From Hypanus sabinus (lineage: Eukaryota), in the NCBI RefSeq assembly GCF_030144855.1, contig NC_082715.1:64294001-64358000 (forward strand): a stretch of 64,000 nucleotides of DNA, given 5' to 3'. How positions within the stretch are numbered: the stretch's first letter is position 1; each line of letters starts with the position of its first letter. Both the position numbers and the translations under genes were made by a program. The notes beneath the pieces are model-generated. The model was not told where the DNA came from. It saw nothing but the letters and a program-made list of their open reading frames with translations, and did no database searches. Below, piece by piece: positions 57,552 to 64,000 of this stretch.

Positions 57552-58587
57552 ATATAAACAGTTCTTTCTTGAGAAGAGTAGGCTCTCAGTAACCTGAGAG
57601 CCTTTGTGTGCCTTTGTTTTATATAGGGCAGGGCACCTCTACAATCCACACCTTCAATCTCATTTCATTGATTGAAACACCTGACTGAAAATAGCTTTTC
57701 TAGAAGTCATTACCCCAGAGGTTCACATACTTTTTCAAATATATTCATGTAGTATTGGATCATTTTTCTCAATAAATAAATGAGCAAGTACAATGCTTTT
57801 GTGTAATTATTTTAATTGGGTTTCTTTATCTAGTTTTAGGACAAGAATATCTGATACTTATGCAGAAATAGAGAAAACTCTTCAGGGTTCACAAACTTTC
57901 TAGCACTACTTGATTGATCTATCATCTCCTCATTCTTCCGTATGAGGCAAATGTCATCCATCTTCAGCTCCAGTTCCCTAACATGCTATGTAAGGAGTTG
58001 CATTTCTTTCAGATGTCAGGGAGTCTGGAGGGCTCCCAGGTCTCTCACATCTGACATGAAGAACATACCACTGACCCTGGATCCATTCTCCTTACTCTAG
58101 TTAGACCAACAGCTAAAGAAAGAAAGGGACAAACTTACTGAAAGTTACCCTGGCGTGCATCTGGCCTCACCCAAGCTTCTTGATCCAACACCTCAAGTTT
58201 TCCACTCTAAGCTTGTTGTCTTTTACAATTACCACTCCACTTAGTGCAAAATTTGTAATCATAGCGCTTGCCAAGTGCCTGAAAAACTGTGGCATTTCAA
58301 GCCTGCCGAACAGCGCCTCTTGCTTTTTAAATCTTGCACTCATTCGCCACAAGCAAGTGACAGCTCCTAAAATGTCTTGCACTTCATGGTCTCTGAAATT
58401 ACCTTGGCTGTACAGCACTCTTTTCTAGTTGCAACCTGCAGTTGGCCACTTGAACTTCATTGAAATTTGTTCTACCATTGGCAGCTCTGCGATAAACTCT
58501 GCAATTTCGTCCAGTAAAATTCTTAGCTGCTAATTTTGCTCTTGTGCTTTGCTCGCAGTTCAGGAAAATGTTTTGTGACAAACCTTT

Positions 58588-60490
58588 ACATAGAAACAAA
58601 GAAAATAGATGCAGGAGTAGGCCCTTCGAGCCTGCACCGCCATTCAGTATGATCATGGCTGATCATCCAACTCAGAACCCTGTACCTGCTTTCTCTCCAT
58701 ACCCCCTGATCCCTTTAGCCACAAGGGCCATATCTAACTTCCTCTTAAATATAGCCAATGAACCAGCCTCAACTGTTTCCTGTGGCAGAGAGTTCCACAG
58801 ATTCACCACTCTCTCTGTGAAGAAGTTTTTCCTCATCTCGGTCCTAAAAGGCTTCCCCTTTATCCTTAAACTGTGACCCCTCGTTCTGGACTTCCCAATA
58901 TCGGAAACAATCTTCCTGCACCTAGCCTGTCCAATCCCTTTAGAATTTTATACATTTCAATAAGATCCCCCCTCAATCTTCTAAATTCCAGTGAGTACAG
59001 GCCTAGTCGATCCAGTCTTTCTTCATATGAAAGCCCTGACATCCCAGGAATCAATCTGGTGAACCTTCTCTGTACTCCCTCTATGGAAAGAATGTCTTTC
59101 CTCAGATGAGGGGACCAAAACTGCACACAATATTCTAGGTGCAGTCTCACCAAGGCCTTGTACAACTGCAGTAGAACCTCCCTGCTCCTGTACTCAAATC
59201 CTTTTGCTATGAATGCCAACATACCATTTGCCTTTTTCACTGCCTGCTGTACCTGCATGCCCACCTTCAATGGCTGGTGTACAATGACACCCAGGTCTCA
59301 TTGCATCTCCCCTTTTCCTAATCGGCCACCATTCAGATAATAATCTGTTTTCCTGTTCTTGCAACCAAAGTGGATAATCTCACATTTATCCTCATTAAGT
59401 TGCATCTGCCGTGAATTTGCCCACTCACCTAACCTATCCAAGTCACCCTGCATCCTCTTAGCATCCTCCTCACAGCTAACACTGCCGTCCAGCTTCATGT
59501 CATCTGCAAACTTGGAGATGCTGCATTTAATTCCCTCATCTAAATCATTAATATATATTGTAAACAACTGGGGTCCCAGCACTGAGCCTAGCGGTACCCC
59601 ACTAGTCGCTGCCTGCCATTCTGAAAAGGTCCCGTTTACTCCCACTCTTTGCTTCCTGTCTGCCAACCAATTCTCTATCCACATCAATACCATAGCCCCA
59701 ATACCGTGTGCTTTAAGTTTGCACACTAATCTCCTGTGTGGGACCTTGTCAAAAGCCTTTTGAAAATCTAAATATACCACATCCACTGGCTCTCCCCTAT
59801 TCACTCTACCAGTTACATCTTCAAAAAATTCTATAAGATTCGTCAGACATGATTTTCCTTTCACAAATCCATGCTGACTTTGTCCAAAGATTTCACCTCT
59901 TTCCAAATGTGTTGTTATCACATCTTTGATAACCGACTCTAGCATTTTCCTCACCACCGATGTCAGACTAACCGGTCTATAATTCCCCAGTTTCATTCTC
60001 CCTCCTTTTTTAAAAAGTGGGGTTACATTAGCCACCCTCCAATCCTCAGCAACTAATCCAGAATCTGAGGAGTTTTGAAAAATAATCACTAATGCATCCA
60101 CTATTTCTTGGGCTACTTCCTTAAGCACTCTGGGATGCAGACCATCTGGCCCTGGGGATTTGTCTGCCTTTAATCCCTTCAATTTACCTAACACCACTTC
60201 CCTACTAACATGTATTTCCCTCAGTTCCTCCATCTCACCAGACCCTCGGTCCCTTACTATTTCTGGAAGATTATTTATGTCCTCCTTAGTGAAGACAGAA
60301 CCAAAATAGTTATTCAATTGGTCTGCCATGTCTTTGTTCCCTATGATCAATTCACCTGTTTCTGACTGTAAAGGACCTACATTTGTCTTGACCAATCTTT
60401 TTCTTTTCACATATCTATAAAAGCTTTTGCAGTCAGTTTTTATGTTCCCTGCCGGCATAATCTTTTTTCCCTTTCCTAATTAAGCCCTTT
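58588..60490 (-). mobile_element. Young CR1 LINE, RT domain through 3' end
   Basis: 386-aa ORF 59298-60458 (DKSPGPDG, NYRPVSLTS, YLDFQKAFDKV, GSVLGP.LF, KFADD) plus ORF 58866-59270; (ATAGAAAC) tail. Confidence 0.95.
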
Positions 60491-61197
60491 AAAGTTAGTA
60501 TTTAAATACAAGTACTTTTGGATGACGGGGCGTGTAAAAGATGTTGAAGAGAACTGCAGATGTACTGAGTTAGTTAAAGAAGAAACAAGACAGGCTGATA
60601 CAAAGCCGTTTGTAAAATTTGAGTGTATAAGGGAAAACGTGCTATACTTGGATCCAAGAACATGGAGAGGAATTTAAATTTGACTGTTTATGGAGAACAG
60701 ATTAGTACTTCGATATGCATGCTGGTCTCAGACCTCTGCTGCTTCTGCTCACATGTTAATCCCATGTTAGGTATTAGAATTGAAAGCTGTGAATTCATTC
60801 TGTTCAATGAGTGATGGCTGCTCTTTTTTTGGAGGGTGGGCAAAAGGTATGCAACAAGGCCTGGAATGCAGGAGGACTCATCTAATCATACGTGGAATTT
60901 ACTGTTCAGGCATGGGCTATTCAGTTTGATGGATCTGCATTGATGTTACTGTATGTTCCACAGGGACCTCTTCATAAGCTTTTGCATTCTATCAACTGTT
61001 CTCTTGGATTTGGAAGAAAATGCGGATGTTAGAAATGCAGAACAAGATGAAATCTGCTGGATTTACTGAGTGAGTCGAGCAGTCACTGTGGAGAGATCAA
61101 GGTTGTTTTAAATTGTTTTCTATTGCTTGATATTTGTGTATTTTCTTCTCTGCCATGCATGTGTACAAGTATACCAAGCCTTTACCAAGGGGGTAGG

Positions 61198-61391
61198 TGT
61201 GGTAAACTATGTATACCTGTCTGGACACGCCCCTCTGCTGACTGCTCCTGTGGCTCCTCGTACAGACCCCTATATAAAGGCGATTGGAGGCACTGCTCCC
61301 CCCTCATTCTCCGAGATGCTGTGCTCTGTTTTGCTGCTAATAAAAGCCCTTTGTTCGCCTCCTGTCTCCGAGAGTTATTGATGGTGCATCA
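61198..61391 (+). mobile_element. Solo LTR, 194 bp
   Basis: TG...CA termini, 5-bp TSD GTAGG (61193-7 / 61392-6), TATATAAA 61271-8, AATAAA 61339-44. Confidence 0.88.
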
Positions 61392-61989
61392 GTAGGTGGG
61401 AGGTTAGAGGAATATTTAAATACTGAAATATTAGTAGAAGTTGCTTATAGATACGAGGCAGGAGAAGTTGCTCTGAGAAATAAGCAAAAGACAGAAATAT
61501 AAAAGAAAACGTTTACCTCCCTTCACAGAGAATGTAGAAACCTACCTGGAAATGGTTGAGAATAACAGTGAAACAAGTAGTGATTTCATTGAAACATGCA
61601 ACATTCTTACAGGGTTTGTTACAGTTTTGGTCACATCTCAGAAGATAATGAATTCTGCTCAAGAGCCACCTTGTAAATTAATAACAAAGATGTTTTAGCT
61701 TTTGACATACTGAGGGAATTGTGAAGTGTGGAATTACTATAGGAAAGTGATGCTAAAGTGAAAGGTCAGCTAGAATCTTAGTGATTTCTGGAGCACATGT
61801 GAAGCTTGCTTTCAATTTTTTCATCTATAAATGTTGCTCACTTCAACTGCTTCACGAAGTAGCAGGTCCATATGCAAACTTTGCTGTGGGAAAAGTTACA
61901 TTTAACAGTTTTCCATGTCAGTTAGTGCCTGTCTTAAATTCCTGGCCAGTATTGATGTCACAGGGCAAGTTCTACATTTGTCGTATTAG

Positions 61990-62680
61990 CAAACACAAGA
62001 AATTTTGCAGATGCTGGAAATCCAAGCAATAGACACAAAACACTGGAGGAACTCAGCAGGTCAGGCAGCATCTATGGAAAAGAGTAAACAGGCAATGTTT
62101 CAGGTAAGACCCTTCTTCAGCCCTGAGAAGGAAAGGGGAAGATGCTGGAGTAAAAAGGTGGTGGCGGGGTTGGGGGGGGGGGGGGAGACTAGCTGGAAGG
62201 TGATAGGTGAGGCCAGGTATTTGGGAAAGATCAAGGGCTGGAGAAGAAAGGGGATGTGAGTGAGAGCAGTATCAGTAGTAGAAAGGGGGAAACCCATTCT
62301 TTAAAGGAGGAGGACTTCTCTGTCCTGGAATGGAAAGTCAGGTCCTGGGAACAGATGAAGTGGAGGCAAAGAAACTGGGGAAAAAGGAATACTGTTTTTA
62401 CACAAGATAGGAGGGGAAGAGATATTGTCGAGCTGACCATAGGAATCAGTAGGTTTATAAAAGATATCAGTTGACAGTTTCTTCAGAGATGAAGATAAGA
62501 CAAAAAAAGGGAGGGAGGTATCAGAGATGAACCAATTCAATTTAAGGGCAGGATGGAAGTTAGAGGCAACGTTTATAAAATTGACGAGTTAGAATGGGTG
62601 CACGAAGAAGCGCCAATGCAGTCATCAGTGTAGCTGAGGAAGAATTGTGGAGGTTGACCGGGAAAGGCTTCTAACATAGG
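61990..62680 (-). mobile_element. Internally deleted PLE with hammerhead module (62089-62125)
   Basis: LSTDIFYKPTDS PLE RT motif; minus strand CAGGG-CTGAAGA-A-GGGTCTTACCT-GAAA-CATT-GCCTG. Confidence 0.8.
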
Positions 62681-63239
62681 CAAAAACAATAGGCCTATCA
62701 GGAAGGGTCCGATTTGTGAATCTTGGGTAAGAGTGTAGGGAAAAGGAACTATGAGTTTGTCATATTAAATCTGTTCATTGGTTTCAAATCCTCATTTAAG
62801 ACATTCATTAACATTTTCTTGGAGAAAAGAGAATTAATTCAGTATTTTTGATTGTCTCTGATTTGATCCTTTGTTCAGCTGAGCATGAATGGCTATGATG
62901 CATTCTGTTGCCAATCTCACTACTCCCTCTCCGATTGACTACCAGATAGTTTGGCAGTGCATTAGGCTGTTATAACACTGCTTGGATAGTGATCTGGGCT
63001 TTCTACACCCCTGCAAGATAATTCTTTATCTAACACTTTCAATTTGTTCATTGTGTCCAGCGTCCAAGAAGTTTAACTGTGTTAAATAGCTTGAGCAGTA
63101 AAACGATGTTCGGAGGAAATGTGCGTTTATCAGAGTACTACAACACTTTATTGTCTCTCTTTGGACGTTGTGCACCTCATTGGTAAATACTGGAGTAGAA
63201 ATGGAGATTAGAACTTAATTATATATTGTTAACATTTTG

Positions 63240-63241
<2 letters not shown>

Positions 63242-63271
<30 letters not shown>
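63242..63271. repeat. (TG)n microsatellite
   Basis: 15 TG units. Confidence 0.97.
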
Positions 63272-63272
<1 letters not shown>

Positions 63273-63499
63273 AGGGGGGAGATGGATAAATGTATGAATT
63301 TTTTAATGCCTATTACACCATTGGCATTTACAGCAGCAATGAAGTCTGGTGGTGTTCAGGACTTCCTTCATGTCAAGAGCTTTCTCTCAGTTTTCACTGC
63401 TGTTGCTCAGGCAAGTCCTGAATAGAGACTCAGGAAGATCATTGTATTCAAATATAGAAAGATTCTTCATTGCTATTTCTGTAACAATTTTGTTTTACC

Positions 63500-63720
63500 A
63501 GTCAGCGTTTTTAGCCCTGAGCTGAACCCCTGAACCTGGAGGACCCACTATAAGACCCACTAATAGTGGATTGAACCACTATTAGTCTGGCCTGTACCTT
63601 TTGATCTGTTTGGCACTGGTGACACTACTAGGAGCCAAAGCATAAAGCCCTGACCGTAGCCAAAATCATTGAGAGACACAAGCCTCCAAACCCAATGACA
63701 TAGTTGTTGTCCTTTTGGTG
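63500..63720. repeat. Interspersed repeat fragment, possibly an RTE-clade 5' region
   Basis: GCCCTGAGCTGAACCCCTGAACCTGGAGGACC... recognised as repeat-like; family assignment uncertain. Confidence 0.35.
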
Positions 63721-64000
63721 GAAATGTATCAACTATTGAAACCTAAATCATAAACAGAAAACTCTTAGACTATAGCCTGCATTTTCTCCCGCTTAATTAC
63801 TTTCGTAACTCTTTTTCCATTTGCAACCCAGGGATGATGGCACAATTAAGTGGCAACTTGTTGCATGCAGCTACGATGGGAATCATCCGTTATCCACATA
63901 TTGCACTGAAATTCACTGTCCACAGTAATGAATACTTCAGTGCGCAATATTCTTTTAAGATGTTTAAAAAATCTTATTGATACTCAAAGTCGACGAATCT

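Noticed and set aside
59298-60458. 386-aa RT ORF as a domesticated gene
   Set aside because: 5'-truncated CR1 copy with a stop before the C-terminal part and an ordinary LINE tail; no splice or promoter evidence.

Overview
Eukaryotic, repeat-dense vertebrate DNA. The CR1, Rex1/Babar, Penelope and HE1-type SINE mix points to a cartilaginous fish, probably a ray (inference). The only host-gene sequence I can support is the CpG-rich promoter and first coding exon of peroxidasin (PXDN, + strand, ATG 6624, phase-2 donor after 6793). I could not find exon 2, so the remaining ~57 kb is most likely PXDN intron 1. The rest is a nested transposon landscape: CR1 LINEs, Rex1/Babar-like LINEs (one near-complete, one 5'-inverted), Penelope-like elements (PLEs), an internally deleted Chapaev3 (CMC) DNA transposon, Tigger-, Tc1- and hAT-type elements, SINEs, and three solo LTRs with perfect TSDs. 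The most notable signal is a recurrent minimal hammerhead-ribozyme motif at PLE 3' ends. It includes two fold-back insertions (TSD-inverted copy-forward copy-TSD), one only 170 bp long. I see no convincing new protein-coding system. The long ORFs are TE-derived or antisense shadows. TE boundaries without stated TSDs/TIRs are approximate (about +/-50 bp).
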